Below, in pieces: positions 1 to 10,113 of a DNA stretch of 64,000 nt (the stretch's first letter is position 1; every line of letters begins with the position of its first letter). The notes under the pieces were generated by a model that was not told where the DNA came from, did not search any database, and saw only the letters and a program-made list of their open reading frames with translations. Where the stretch lies: contig OZ241892.1 of NCBI GenBank assembly GCA_965203485.1, forward strand, positions 3,168,001 to 3,232,000, given 5' to 3'. Source of the stretch: Longimicrobiales bacterium. GTDB taxonomy: Bacteria; Gemmatimonadota; Gemmatimonadetes; Longimicrobiales; Gaopeijiaceae. The position numbers and the translations under genes are program-made.

Positions 1-1106
1 TCGCCGACGGTCATGGGCCGGCCGTCGAGCCGCATCTCGGGAGCGACGTTGGCCAAATATCGGCCGCACGCGTCGAAGACGTCCCACGCGAAGGTCCCGT
101 CGGGCAAGCGATTGCGTATCCACAGCAGTCCGTCCCTTGCCACGTCCAAGCGATCCATGGCGGGCCGCAAGGCGGGCAGTTCGCCGACGCCGAACCCCGA
201 GGCCTCCGCCAGGCTGTCGCGCTCGGCGCCTTCCAATGGCACGGGCGCGCGCCGAAGCTCCACGGACCGCACGGTGTCGCCCGTGAAGGCCACTTCATGC
301 ATGACGTGCTCGGACGTGGAAGCGATCCACGCATTGCCGCTCGGCCCCATGGCCCACACCAAGTCCGGCTCCATGGGCAACGCCTCCATGATCATCACGA
401 TTCGTCCCGTCGCCGCCCCTCTTTGGTCCCGCATGCGGCTCGTCCTCGTCCACGATCCGAGCAGCAAGCTGTCCACCACGGCAATGTCTCCTTCGGTCGA
501 GATGCCGTACTTGTTCAGGACGTAGGTCCCCTTCGTGGGAGGAAAGGCCGCCGTGTCGCGCGTACGGCTCCGCCGCACGTAGGCAAAGTTCGCCGCGTCC
601 GTCTTTGGCGTCCCTGCCAGTCCTCCGACTCCAATCGCCGTGGCAAGGGGCAGGCCGGACTCGTCGACGACGTTCAAGAACGGTCCGTCGCCGATCCAAA
701 GGCGATTCGGCGCTTGCCACGAGACGTCCATGACGGAGTATTGAAATTCGCCCGGGCCACCGCCCCGCCGACCCATGCGCCGCATCAAGACGCCGGTCGA
801 GTCGAACACCAGGATTTCGCCGCGGCGGTCGTCCACCGCGTAAACCGCCCCATCGCCGCCGACGGCCAGTGCCGCGACGTTCCCGAAAGCAAGCGAATCG
901 TCGCCGGCTGGCCCGCTTCCCACACGCATGTCCTCGACGAGGCGCAGGCCGCCTTCGGCAGCGTAGATCCCGTGGTCCGAGTTCGAAACCACCACCCGGC
1001 CGCCAGCTGTGGAACCCACGCGGACTTCGTCCGGCGGGAGGCCGTCTCCGTCCATGCCACATGCGAAAGAGAACACGCAAATCGAGATCGACGCGGAAAA
1101 TCTCAT
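1..1106 (-). CDS. 6-bladed beta-propeller (NHL-like) lipoprotein, runs off the window start
   Basis: Manual translation from ATG at 1106 (frame absent from the ORF track): MRFSASISICVFSFACG...FGNVAALAVGGDGAVYAVDDRRGEILVFDSTG...GRRGGGPGEF; lipobox-like FAC and the typical GxGPGEF propeller motif. Confidence 0.75.
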   Translation of the reverse strand, partial: MRFSASISICVFSFACGMDGDGLPPDEVRVGSTAGGRVVVSNSDHGIYAAEGGLRLVEDMRVGSGPAGDDSLAFGNVAALAVGGDGAVYAVDDRRGEILVFDSTGVLMRRMGRRGGGPGEFQYSVMDVSWQAPNRLWIGDGPFLNVVDESGLPLATAIGVGGLAGTPKTDAANFAYVRRSRTRDTAAFPPTKGTYVLNKYGISTEGDIAVVDSLLLGSWTRTSRMRDQRGAATGRIVMIMEALPMEPDLVWAMGPSGNAWIASTSEHVMHEVAFTGDTVRSVELRRAPVPLEGAERDSLAEASGFGVGELPALRPAMDRLDVARDGLLWIRNRLPDGTFAWDVFDACGRYLANVAPEMRLDGRPMTVG

Positions 1107-1168
1107 GACGCCGGACTGCTGATCAACACAAGAGCGAATCCCGACCACCTGGAGACGGGTTCGACTAG

Positions 1169-1861
1169 TCAGGTCTTGACCACTTTCGCAATCGCGTCCG
1201 GCTGTCGTCCACATCTTGCCTGGGAGCACTTCTCGTCGCATCTGTCCGCAGGCGTTTCTCCTTCTCCCAATGGTTCTTCGATCGTCATCGTCAGGTCAAG
1301 CACTTCTTCGCCACGCTCGACGGTCACGATATGCACAGTTCCAGGTCTGATACCTTCAAAAAGCGGCACGATACGACCATCTCGACCGCTCACAACCTTC
1401 AGCACGTCGCCTGCTTGGAAGCCGGCTTTCTCCGCAGGTGAACACTTGTCGACCTGAACAACCACCGAGTATCCAGACGCACGCATCACGCCCGACTCGT
1501 CCTCTTCGACAGCCAACGGAAAGGACCAGCCCAAGCCTATGTACCCCCTGTCTGGACTGGGTGGCACTGCCACTTGAGCGACAGATGCGACTGGACATCC
1601 GAGCAACCAGATCATTAAGACAGCCAAACGTTGCGGTCCGCGGGGTGCGCGCGGGCGCCCAGTCACCGGCCGCATTCTGGCGATCAAGGCCGGTGCCGAC
1701 CTCCGGGGCAACCAGTATCGCTCCGACTCCTGCCGTGTCCAAACCCCCCGCCGACCGCCACGGACGGGCGTTCCGCGCGGTGCAAACGATGGCCGGCGTG
1801 CCGGGGATTGGCCGGTGTCGCCGCTCTCTTGCGGTTGGTGGTGTTTCATCTTCCTGCTCAT
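1169..1861 (-). CDS. PDZ-domain secreted protein (true start probably downstream, near MIWLLG)
   Basis: GYIGLG...VVVQVDKCSPAEKAGFQAGDVLKVV PDZ signature preceded by a hydrophobic signal-like stretch. Confidence 0.65.
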   Translation of the reverse strand: MSRKMKHHQPQESGDTGQSPARRPSFAPRGTPVRGGRRGVWTRQESERYWLPRRSAPALIARMRPVTGRPRAPRGPQRLAVLMIWLLGCPVASVAQVAVPPSPDRGYIGLGWSFPLAVEEDESGVMRASGYSVVVQVDKCSPAEKAGFQAGDVLKVVSGRDGRIVPLFEGIRPGTVHIVTVERGEEVLDLTMTIEEPLGEGETPADRCDEKCSQARCGRQPDAIAKVVKT

Positions 1862-2103
1862 GTTGCGGTCGCTAGGGGGCGGTTCGACCGACGCCTTCGG
1901 CGAACGCCTGCTTGAACATCATATCGCCTTGCGGAGAAAATGGCAAATCGCGGGTCGTGGAAGCTGAACGCAGGGGTCGGCAACTGGACGCAACCCGCGG
2001 GTGCGTCGTAGCGTCGCGGCCTTGGAATCGGGCCATCGCGACGCGCCTCCTCGTTTGCCGCCCTCTCGCCCCGTCCGGCGCATCGGCCTAACTTCGTGAC
2101 GCC

Positions 2104-2832
2104 ATGGCCCATTCCGCCGCCGACCACTTGGGCCTCGACGTGGAGCGCTACGACGAGGTCATCCGCACTCTGATCCCCAACTACCGGGCGACCGGCGAGC
2201 TGGCGGCCCGCGAGGTCGCGGCGTCGGGAGCCCGAACCGTGGTCGATCTCGGGGGCGGCACGGGGGCTCTCTCGGCCACGCTCCTTGCCTTGACCGATTC
2301 CTGCCGCGTGACGCTCTTCGACGTCGATTCCGCCATGCTCGAAGGAGCGAGGGGCCGTCTTGGGCCGTTCGGCAAGCGCGCCGTGCTGCACCGCCGATCC
2401 TTTGCCGGGCCGTTGCCGCCGTGCGACGCGGTGATGTCGTCCTACGCGCTGCACCACGTGCCGACTCTGGACGAGAAGGGGCAAGGCTACCGGGCAATTC
2501 ACGGCGCGCTCGTGCCCGGGGGCGTCTTCGTCAACGCGGACGCGACCATGCCGCCGGAACCAGAGCGGCAGGCCGCCGTGTACGACTATTGGGCCGCCCA
2601 CATGGCCCGGCACGGCATCGGCCGGGCCGCCGCCTTCCGTCATTTCGCCGAATGGAGCGAAGAAGACACGTACTTCTCGCTGTCCGAGGAGCTCGCTTGC
2701 CTCGAATCGGCGGGCCTCGCCGCCAAGTGCGTCTGGCGGGAGGGGCCGGGGACGGTGATCGTGGCTCGCAAGCCGAACGCGGCGGCGGTCGGGCCCGAGC
2801 GCGCGCCGCCGGCTTCGAGGCCCGCGTCGTGA
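2104..2832 (+). CDS. class I SAM-dependent methyltransferase
   Basis: VVDLGGGTG motif I, FDVDSAML, SSYALHH, LVPGGVFVNAD. Confidence 0.85.
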   Translation: MAHSAADHLGLDVERYDEVIRTLIPNYRATGELAAREVAASGARTVVDLGGGTGALSATLLALTDSCRVTLFDVDSAMLEGARGRLGPFGKRAVLHRRSFAGPLPPCDAVMSSYALHHVPTLDEKGQGYRAIHGALVPGGVFVNADATMPPEPERQAAVYDYWAAHMARHGIGRAAAFRHFAEWSEEDTYFSLSEELACLESAGLAAKCVWREGPGTVIVARKPNAAAVGPERAPPASRPAS

Positions 2833-4409
2833 GCCCAAGGGGATCGGCGAAGCCGGCCGCGGAGCACCGCCCGGCGTCGTGGGCCAAGGTCGTCGACCAA
2901 ACGCGTTGCATCGGTTGCCACGCATGCACCACTGCCTGCAAGTCCGAGAACAAAGTGCCGCTGTCGGTGACGCGCACCTACGTGAAGAGCGTCGACGCGG
3001 GATTCTTCCCCGAGGCGCGGCGGTCGTTTCAGGTAACTCGGTGCAACCAGTGCGAAGAGCCCCCCTGCGTGGACGCTTGCCCCACGGCGGCGATGTTCAA
3101 GCGCGCAGACGGGATCGTGGACTTCGACAAGGACGCCTGCATCGGTTGCAAGGCGTGCATCGCCGCATGTCCCTACGACGCCGTGTTCATCAATCCGGCG
3201 GACGGGGCGGCCGAGAAGTGCAACTTCTGCGCGCACCGCATCGACGTCGGCCTGGAGCCCGCGTGCGTCGTGGTTTGCCCGACGCAGGCGTTGCTGGTGG
3301 GCGACGTGAACGACTCCGGCTCGGAGGTCGCCCGCATCGTCAATCGCTCGCCGGTCACGGTGAGGCGGCCGGAGAAGGAGACGAGGCCCAAGCTCTTCTA
3401 CGTCGGCGCGGACCAAGCCGCGCTCGATCCGCTGGCGGCTCGCCGGCCCGAGCGAGGCATGCTCATGTGGAGCGAACAGGGCGGACCGGACGGCGGCTCG
3501 CCGGGACCGTGGAACTCGTCGGCGGCGGCCGTGCTGAGCTACGACGTGCCACACCGGGCGCCGTGGGACTACCGCGTCTCCCTGTACACCTGGACGAAGT
3601 CGCTGGCCGCAGGGGCGTACCTGGCTCCGTTCGTTCTGATCGCGATCGGCGCCCTGTCCGCCTCGAGCGCGATGTGGCGAACGGCCGCGCCCCTGATCGC
3701 CGCAGTCTTTCTCGCGCTCACAAGCGGGCTTCTTGTGTGGGACCTGGAACGGCCCGGCCGCTTCCATCTGATATTTCGGCGGCCCCAATGGCGCAGCTGG
3801 CTGGTGCGCGGGGGATTCGTGATCGGCGGCTTCGGCGCGGCGCTGGCGGCCCACCTTGTCATGGCGACCGGTCCGGGGCCGCCGAACTGGCTGGGTTGGA
3901 CCGGCGGCGCGCTGGCCGTCATGACCGCCGTCTACACGGCGTTTCTCTTCGGCCAAGCCAAGGCGCGCGACCTGTGGCAGAGTCCCCTGGCGCCTGCGCA
4001 CTTCCTGGTTCAGGCGCTCCTCGCAGGCAGCGGCGCCACGGCGCTCGCGCTTCTCCTGGCCCCTTCGCTTGCGGTCGGCGAGACGCTCGGCCCCGGAGCT
4101 GTCGGCAATGCCGCCCAGGCCTCCGCCGTCGCCAAGGCGCTCCAGCTCTTCGCCGCCGCCAGCGCGGTTCACGCTCTCCTCGTCGCCGGCGAGACGCTGA
4201 TGCCAGCGCCCACCGCCCATGCGGCCCACGCCGAGCGCGAGATGGTGCGCGGGCGCTTCCGGCGCTGGTTCTGGCTGGGGGTCCTGGGGGCGGCAGCAGG
4301 CGTGGCCGCGCCGTGGATCGGCTGGCCCTGCGTGCTGGCGGGTCTCGGCGGCCTCCTCGCCTACGAGCACGCCTACGTGCAAGCCGGCCAATCGTCCCCG
4401 CTGGCCTGA
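2829..4409 (+). CDS. 4Fe-4S dicluster (NrfC/PsrB-like) domain fused to NrfD/PsrC membrane anchor
   Basis: CIGCHACTTAC, CNQCEEPPCVDACP, CIGCKACIAACPY, KCNFC...PACVVVCP followed by multi-TM region with DLERPGRF...SWLVRG; GTG start overlaps upstream TGA. Confidence 0.88.
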   Translation: MSPRGSAKPAAEHRPASWAKVVDQTRCIGCHACTTACKSENKVPLSVTRTYVKSVDAGFFPEARRSFQVTRCNQCEEPPCVDACPTAAMFKRADGIVDFDKDACIGCKACIAACPYDAVFINPADGAAEKCNFCAHRIDVGLEPACVVVCPTQALLVGDVNDSGSEVARIVNRSPVTVRRPEKETRPKLFYVGADQAALDPLAARRPERGMLMWSEQGGPDGGSPGPWNSSAAAVLSYDVPHRAPWDYRVSLYTWTKSLAAGAYLAPFVLIAIGALSASSAMWRTAAPLIAAVFLALTSGLLVWDLERPGRFHLIFRRPQWRSWLVRGGFVIGGFGAALAAHLVMATGPGPPNWLGWTGGALAVMTAVYTAFLFGQAKARDLWQSPLAPAHFLVQALLAGSGATALALLLAPSLAVGETLGPGAVGNAAQASAVAKALQLFAAASAVHALLVAGETLMPAPTAHAAHAEREMVRGRFRRWFWLGVLGAAAGVAAPWIGWPCVLAGLGGLLAYEHAYVQAGQSSPLA

Positions 4410-4450
4410 CTTCCCCCGGTCCTGCGGCCGTCATTCCGTCGCTCCTTCGC

Positions 4451-5215
4451 TTATCCTCGCTCGCTTTCTCGCAACGATGCCGCGACGCCGTCGGCCGTGA
4501 CGGCGATGCATCGTTCGCCGATCTCGGCGCTCATTCCCGTCGGGTCGCCCAGAACGCCGTTGGGCGTGACCGCGGCGAAGCCGTCGTCGAAGATGCGCCT
4601 TGCCAGCTCGGGGCCGAAGTCCTCGACATGGCCGGGCTCGGCTTGGTCCCGGCGCAGCAAGTCAGGGCGGATGCACAGCATTTCGGAGCTCTCGGCAATG
4701 TCCGCGTGCCCGCCTACGCGATGCTCCAGATCAGGCGCGACACTTGCGACGGCCCTCTTCCACAGAGCCACGAAGGCCTGCAAGTCCGTGTACGCGCGCA
4801 CTTCGCACTCCGGTCCGGCCGCACGTTGCAAGCGATCCTTCATCGCCGCCAGCGGAGCGAAGTTGCCTCCGTGCGACGGCACGAAGCAGACCACGCCGAA
4901 GCCATGGTTGGCCAAGCTCGCGGCGTAGTCCGCGCAGACCGCCTCGAGCGTGGCGGACCGCAACGAGATCGTGCCCGGAAAGGCCATGCGGTGCTCCGAG
5001 CAACCGACTCGAATCGTCGGCGCGGCCAAGGCGCGGCCCAGACGCCGGGCGACTTCCACGGCCAGTCGGTCCCCGCGCACGGCGTCCACGAGCAAGGGAA
5101 GATGCGGGCCGTGCTGTTCGACCGCGCCCAACGCCACCACGACCGTGTCGAACCCCTCCCGAAGCGCCGCTCGCACCTCGGGCCACGTCATCTCTTCAAG
5201 CAGCAGCTTACGCAA
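4451..5215 (-). CDS. creatininase family amidohydrolase
   Basis: EEMTWPEV, GAVEQHGPHLPL, GCSEH..FPGTISL, SHGGN, GGHADIAESS, NGVLGDP. Confidence 0.9.
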   Translation of the reverse strand: MRKLLLEEMTWPEVRAALREGFDTVVVALGAVEQHGPHLPLLVDAVRGDRLAVEVARRLGRALAAPTIRVGCSEHRMAFPGTISLRSATLEAVCADYAASLANHGFGVVCFVPSHGGNFAPLAAMKDRLQRAAGPECEVRAYTDLQAFVALWKRAVASVAPDLEHRVGGHADIAESSEMLCIRPDLLRRDQAEPGHVEDFGPELARRIFDDGFAAVTPNGVLGDPTGMSAEIGERCIAVTADGVAASLRESERG

Positions 5216-6896
5216 AGTCCGCGCGCCAAATGTGCACGGCTCGCTTGGCCATGCGGCGTTGCCGTTCGTCCAGCAGTTCCGGGGTCCACTCCTCCGGCGC
5301 CATCTCTGGAATCGCCTTCGTGACGGCGTACCCGCTCTGCGCGTAGACGGGGATCTTGGCAGAATACGCTTCGTTGCCCACCTCCCGGTTCGCGCTTCGC
5401 TCCAACAGCGTCAGATTGCCCAGCCGCCATGTGGCACCGCTGCGCGAACGTTGCGGAAAGCTGTCGTCCCAATCGGCCGCCGGGTTCTCGGGAAGAACGT
5501 GTTCGATCGTGCCCGGGTCGGATTCCGGGTGACAGGAACGCCCCGACGCGTCGCTTTCCAATCGCGCCAGGACGTACTTCGCCAGCTTCTTGCGGCTTCG
5601 GGGCACGACAAGCATCGAGAAGTCGGTTGCCGCCCGCGTGTCGTCGACATAGATCGACTGCAACTTCTCGAAAACGCCGCGTACCGTCCGAACCTCGCCG
5701 ACGCCGATCGCCTTCGCCGCCTTGTGATACGCCGGTTCCAGGCGAGCACCGTGCAACTTGCTGACGACCGAATACCGGAACGTCATCGTCGCAACCAGTT
5801 TCAACAGACGCACGAAGTCATGGCGCAACGGCTCCCATGCCGCAAGCAGCAACGGCATCATCTGGCGCGCACCGAAGAGAGAAAGCTCGGCGACGTACTG
5901 CTTGGCGTCGGGCATGTCGATCCAGTATGGATGCCGGAAATCGAGCAATGCAGAAAAAACCTCCGCCCGTGGCTCGATGTCGTCCATCAGCTTCAAGACG
6001 TGCGGCGTCGTGGAAATCTCGTCTTGCACCAGCTTGAACATTCTTCGGCGGCGCACTTGCGAATGGCTGCAAAGCAGATGATATCGGAGAAAATCGGGGA
6101 AACGCGGCGCCTCGACTACATCAATCAGGTTCGACCAGCGCCGCTGCAGCATGTCGAGATCGCTCTTCGAACGCACCTTGGAGAACAAATAGTTCTTCAG
6201 CAGATCAGTGGTCGTCAGCTCCAGTCCGCGGGCGTTCAGCGTTTCAAACACCGTGTAGGCGTTCAAGCCGTCGTCCACGGTGATGAGAATGAACAGCAGA
6301 CCGCGGGCAACCGTCTCCGACAGAATCTCCGCAAGAGCGCGCCCGTCGGCGCCGACGGCGTCCGGCAACTTGTCGAGGCGCTCGCGAAAATACTTGAAGG
6401 CGTCCCACAACTGCCTGTTGGAAGCCGAAAGTCCCCGTGGATTGTGCGGCGTCCGCAACTGCACCAAGACATCCTGGTAGAATTCGTCGTCGGAATGATT
6501 GAGAAACAGCCGGCTGCTCTCCGCCAGCGACGCAGGGTCCTTCTCGCCGACGAACCGGTTCCGCAATTCCTGGCTTCTCTCGCGGTTGGCCCCCGGGTCG
6601 CGTCCTTCGTCCGCCAAGTCGCCGAGCTTGGCGATGATGGCCAGCGAAAGCAGGCTGAGCGTCGCCAGGCGCTGCTGGCCGTCGATCACCAGGAACTCCC
6701 GGTCGCTCGTCGCCTCGACGACCAACGCTCCGAGGTAGTGCCGGGCGTCCGTATCGCCTCGCAGTCCGACGATGTCGTTCCAGATATCCTCCCACTGCTC
6801 GCGAGTCCAGGAATAGTCGCGCTGGTACTGCGGCACGCGGTAGACTCTTCCGTTGCCGATCAGCTCCAGATAGTTGATCGTGCGCGTATTCAGCAT
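5208..6896 (-). CDS. DUF262/DUF1524 GmrSD-family (type IV restriction-like) protein
   Basis: VPQYQRDYSW, IDGQQRLATL, FETLNARG (DUF262); C-terminal IEHVLPEN...LGNLTLL...N HNH-like (DUF1524). Confidence 0.88.
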   Translation of the reverse strand: MLNTRTINYLELIGNGRVYRVPQYQRDYSWTREQWEDIWNDIVGLRGDTDARHYLGALVVEATSDREFLVIDGQQRLATLSLLSLAIIAKLGDLADEGRDPGANRERSQELRNRFVGEKDPASLAESSRLFLNHSDDEFYQDVLVQLRTPHNPRGLSASNRQLWDAFKYFRERLDKLPDAVGADGRALAEILSETVARGLLFILITVDDGLNAYTVFETLNARGLELTTTDLLKNYLFSKVRSKSDLDMLQRRWSNLIDVVEAPRFPDFLRYHLLCSHSQVRRRRMFKLVQDEISTTPHVLKLMDDIEPRAEVFSALLDFRHPYWIDMPDAKQYVAELSLFGARQMMPLLLAAWEPLRHDFVRLLKLVATMTFRYSVVSKLHGARLEPAYHKAAKAIGVGEVRTVRGVFEKLQSIYVDDTRAATDFSMLVVPRSRKKLAKYVLARLESDASGRSCHPESDPGTIEHVLPENPAADWDDSFPQRSRSGATWRLGNLTLLERSANREVGNEAYSAKIPVYAQSGYAVTKAIPEMAPEEWTPELLDERQRRMAKRAVHIWRADFA

Positions 6897-7159
6897 GTCG
6901 GCCCGCGTGCTCTTGCTTGGGGAGTCCGCGCCCTGCGGCCGGGATGCCGCCGGGGGGAGCGGCGGTCAGCGGCGACTTCGGACGGTTGCCGGCGAGAGCC
7001 GGGAATCACCCGCGTCGTCGAAACGGTCGCTCGCGCGGGTGGCGTGGACGGACGATAGCGCGGCGCCTTCGGGTCGGCAACGCTTGCCGCGTTGGACAGA
7101 GCGCCGCCGGCGCGGCAACTTTGGTGGTCCGCCGGACGCTCCTTTGCCCACCCCAACCG

Positions 7160-10099
7160 ATGACCCTCTCCGACCTCGAAGCCCGCGTCTCGGCGGCCAA
7201 GGCCGAGGTGGAGGCCCGTGGCGAGACCTTCTATCCGGGCGCCAGCCGCGTCCACTTGGCCGCGTATCCCCCGAAGGAACGCTGGAGCGACTGGGTGGAG
7301 CTGGACGCCAAGGCGTGGCCCAAGCGCGTGGAGCGCCGGTACGTGCTCGTGCCCACGACGTGCTTCAACTGCGAGTCCGCCTGCGGCCTCCTCGCCTACG
7401 TGGACCGCGACACGCTCGAGGTGCGCAAGTTCGAGGGCAATCCCGAGCATCCGGGCTCGCGCGGCCGCAACTGCGCCAAGGGGCCGGCCACGGTCACCCA
7501 GCTCACGGACCCCGACCGTATCCTGCATCCGCTCAAGCGCGCGGGCGCCCGGGGCGAAGGACGGTGGCGGCGCGTCGAATGGGACGAGGCGCTCGACGAC
7601 ATCGCCGGCCGCGTCCGCAAGGCGTTCGACGAGGAGCGGCGCAACCAAGTCATGTACCACGTGGGCCGGCCCGGCGAGGACGGCTTCGTCGAACGGATGC
7701 TGGCGGCGTGGGGAGCGGACGGCCACAACTCGCACACAAACATTTGTTCCTCGGGCGCGCGGGCGGGCTACCACTTCTGGATGGGCATGGACCGTCCCAG
7801 CCCCGATCACGAGAACGCCCGGGTCATCCTGCTGATCAGCAGCCATCTCGAGGCCGGCCACTATTTCAACCCGCACGCCCAGCGCGTCATGGAGGGGAAG
7901 AAGCGGGGAGCCAAGCTCGTCGTCTTCGACACGCGCCTGTCCAACACGGCGACGCACGCGGACCACTGGCTCTCCACCTATCCGGGCTCCGAGGCCGCCG
8001 TGCTTCTGGCGATCGCCAACCACCTCGTGCGGACGGGCCGCCACAACCGCGCCTTCGTGGAGCGCTGGTGGAACTGGCGCGAGTACATGGCGGAGACGCG
8101 CCCCGGCGAGCCCGCCGACTTTGCCGACTTCGAGCGCGTGCTCGAAGCGCAGTACGCCGGCTTCACCTTCGATTTTGCGGCCGCCGAGAGCGGCGTGGCG
8201 GCCGACGCGATCGCGCGCGTCGCAGAGACCGTTGCCGAAGCGGGCACGCAACTGTCCACGCACAACTGGCGCAGCGCGGCGGCGGGCAACTTGGGCGGCT
8301 GGCAGGTAGCGCGCGCGCTGTTCCTCCTGAACGCGCTCACGGGCTCGGTCGCCGTACCTGGCGGCACGTATCCCAACGCGTGGAACAAGTTCGTTCCACG
8401 GCCCATTCGGATGCCCGCCCAGCACCCCAAGCGATGGAACGACCTTACCTGGCCCGCCGACTATCCGCTGAGCCTCATGGAGATGTCGTTTCTGTTGCCG
8501 CATCTGACGGCCGAGCGCGGCGGTTGCCTGGACGTGTACTTCACCCGCGTCTACAACCCGGTGTGGACCAATCCGGACGGCTTCTCGTGGATCGAGATGC
8601 TGACCGATCCCGAGCGCATCGGCATGCACGTGGCGCTGACGCCGACGTGGAACGAGACCGCGCTGTTCGCGGACTACGTGCTGCCGATGGGACACTCGGC
8701 GGAGCGCCACGACGTGGCTTCGTACGAGCAGTACGACGGACGCTGGATCGGCTTCCGCCAGCCCGTGCTGCGAACGGCGCGCGAACGCCTGAGCAGGGAC
8801 TCCGCCTCCACTCGCGAAGCCAATCCCGGCGAAGTATGGGAGGAGAACGAGTTCTGGATCGAACTCACTTGGCGGATCGACCCCGACGGCTCGCGGGGCA
8901 TTCGGCGCTTCTTCGAGTCGCGCGAGCGGCCCGGCGACAAGCTGACCGTGGACGAGTACTACGCTTGGATGTTCGAGAATTCGGTGCCGGGGCTGCCCGA
9001 GCGCGCGGCCCGAGAAGGCTTGGCGCCGCTCGAGTACATGCGGCGCTACGGCGCCTTCGAGATCGACGCGGGCGTGGGGGCGGTCTACGAGGAACGGGTG
9101 CCGCCGCAGGAACTGGAGGACGTGCGCGTGGACGAGGACGGGCGCGCCTTCACGCGGGTCCCCGCTCCGCGCTCGGTGAACGTGGTCCCCATGCCGCCGC
9201 AGGATGGAGACGACGAAGGAAGGAGGAGGGCCGGCGTCGAAGTGGACGGCGTCGTGCGCCGGGGATTTCCGACGCCTTCGGGACGCCTGGAGTTCTGGTC
9301 GCGGACATTGGCCGAGTGGGGATGGCCCGAGCTGGCCGTGCCGGGATACTCGCGCAGCCACGTCCATCCGCAGAACATGGACCGCGACCAGATGTGCCTC
9401 GTCTCCACCTTCCGCCTTCCGGTGCACATTCACACGCGAAGCGCCAACGCCAAGTGGCTGAACGAGATCGCGCACGCCAACCCACTGTGGATTCATCCGC
9501 GCGACGCGGCGCCCAAGGGGTTGCGCACGGGCGACTTGGCCCGCGTCGAGACCGAGATCGGACACTTCGTGGCGAAGGCGTGGGTGACGGAGGGGATACA
9601 CCCCGGCGTCGTCGCCTGCTCGCATCACATGGGTCGCTGGAAGCTGGCCGGCGGCCCCGGCGGCGCGGGGGCGGTGGTGGCGCTTCACCGCGAGGGCGAC
9701 GAATGGCGCATGAGGCGGCGCGAGGACGCCGGCCCGCACCGTTCCGAGGACCCCGACACGGCGCGCATCTGGTGGGCCGAGGCGGGCGTGCACCAGAACA
9801 TGACGTTTCCGGTGCAACCCGATCCGGTGTCCGGAGCGCATTGCTGGCACCAGGCGGTGCGCGTGGCGCCGGCGCGCAAAGGCGACGCGTGCGGCGACGT
9901 CGTCGTGCACGCTGACCGCTCCCGCGAAGCGTTTCGCCGCTGGCTCGGACTCTGCCGACCCGCGCACCGCCACTCGCCCGACGGGACGCGCCGGCCCTAC
10001 TGGCTCATGCGCCCGGTGCGCCCGGAACGCGACGCCTACCGGCTGTCCCGCGACGCGCGGCCCGACGCCGGGGAGAACGGAAGCGCCGACGATGTCTAG
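7160..10099 (+). CDS. molybdopterin-dependent oxidoreductase catalytic subunit (DMSO reductase family)
   Basis: TTCFNCESACG...GRNCAKG FeS motif, HPLKRAGARGEG, ADYVLP, C-terminal Mo-binding domain (HTRSAN..WLNE..HANPLWIHP); start refined to ATG 7160. Confidence 0.9.
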   Translation: MTLSDLEARVSAAKAEVEARGETFYPGASRVHLAAYPPKERWSDWVELDAKAWPKRVERRYVLVPTTCFNCESACGLLAYVDRDTLEVRKFEGNPEHPGSRGRNCAKGPATVTQLTDPDRILHPLKRAGARGEGRWRRVEWDEALDDIAGRVRKAFDEERRNQVMYHVGRPGEDGFVERMLAAWGADGHNSHTNICSSGARAGYHFWMGMDRPSPDHENARVILLISSHLEAGHYFNPHAQRVMEGKKRGAKLVVFDTRLSNTATHADHWLSTYPGSEAAVLLAIANHLVRTGRHNRAFVERWWNWREYMAETRPGEPADFADFERVLEAQYAGFTFDFAAAESGVAADAIARVAETVAEAGTQLSTHNWRSAAAGNLGGWQVARALFLLNALTGSVAVPGGTYPNAWNKFVPRPIRMPAQHPKRWNDLTWPADYPLSLMEMSFLLPHLTAERGGCLDVYFTRVYNPVWTNPDGFSWIEMLTDPERIGMHVALTPTWNETALFADYVLPMGHSAERHDVASYEQYDGRWIGFRQPVLRTARERLSRDSASTREANPGEVWEENEFWIELTWRIDPDGSRGIRRFFESRERPGDKLTVDEYYAWMFENSVPGLPERAAREGLAPLEYMRRYGAFEIDAGVGAVYEERVPPQELEDVRVDEDGRAFTRVPAPRSVNVVPMPPQDGDDEGRRRAGVEVDGVVRRGFPTPSGRLEFWSRTLAEWGWPELAVPGYSRSHVHPQNMDRDQMCLVSTFRLPVHIHTRSANAKWLNEIAHANPLWIHPRDAAPKGLRTGDLARVETEIGHFVAKAWVTEGIHPGVVACSHHMGRWKLAGGPGGAGAVVALHREGDEWRMRRREDAGPHRSEDPDTARIWWAEAGVHQNMTFPVQPDPVSGAHCWHQAVRVAPARKGDACGDVVVHADRSREAFRRWLGLCRPAHRHSPDGTRRPYWLMRPVRPERDAYRLSRDARPDAGENGSADDV

Positions 10100-10113
10100 C
10101 GCCGCCTGAACGG

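Noticed and set aside
6874..9973. Very long overlapping or antisense ORFs (for example 6874-9915 +, 6890-9973 -; similarly 28835-31378, 45963-48719, 52375-55512)
   Set aside because: Arg/Gly/Pro-rich shadow frames of real genes, expected in high-GC DNA; no recognisable motifs
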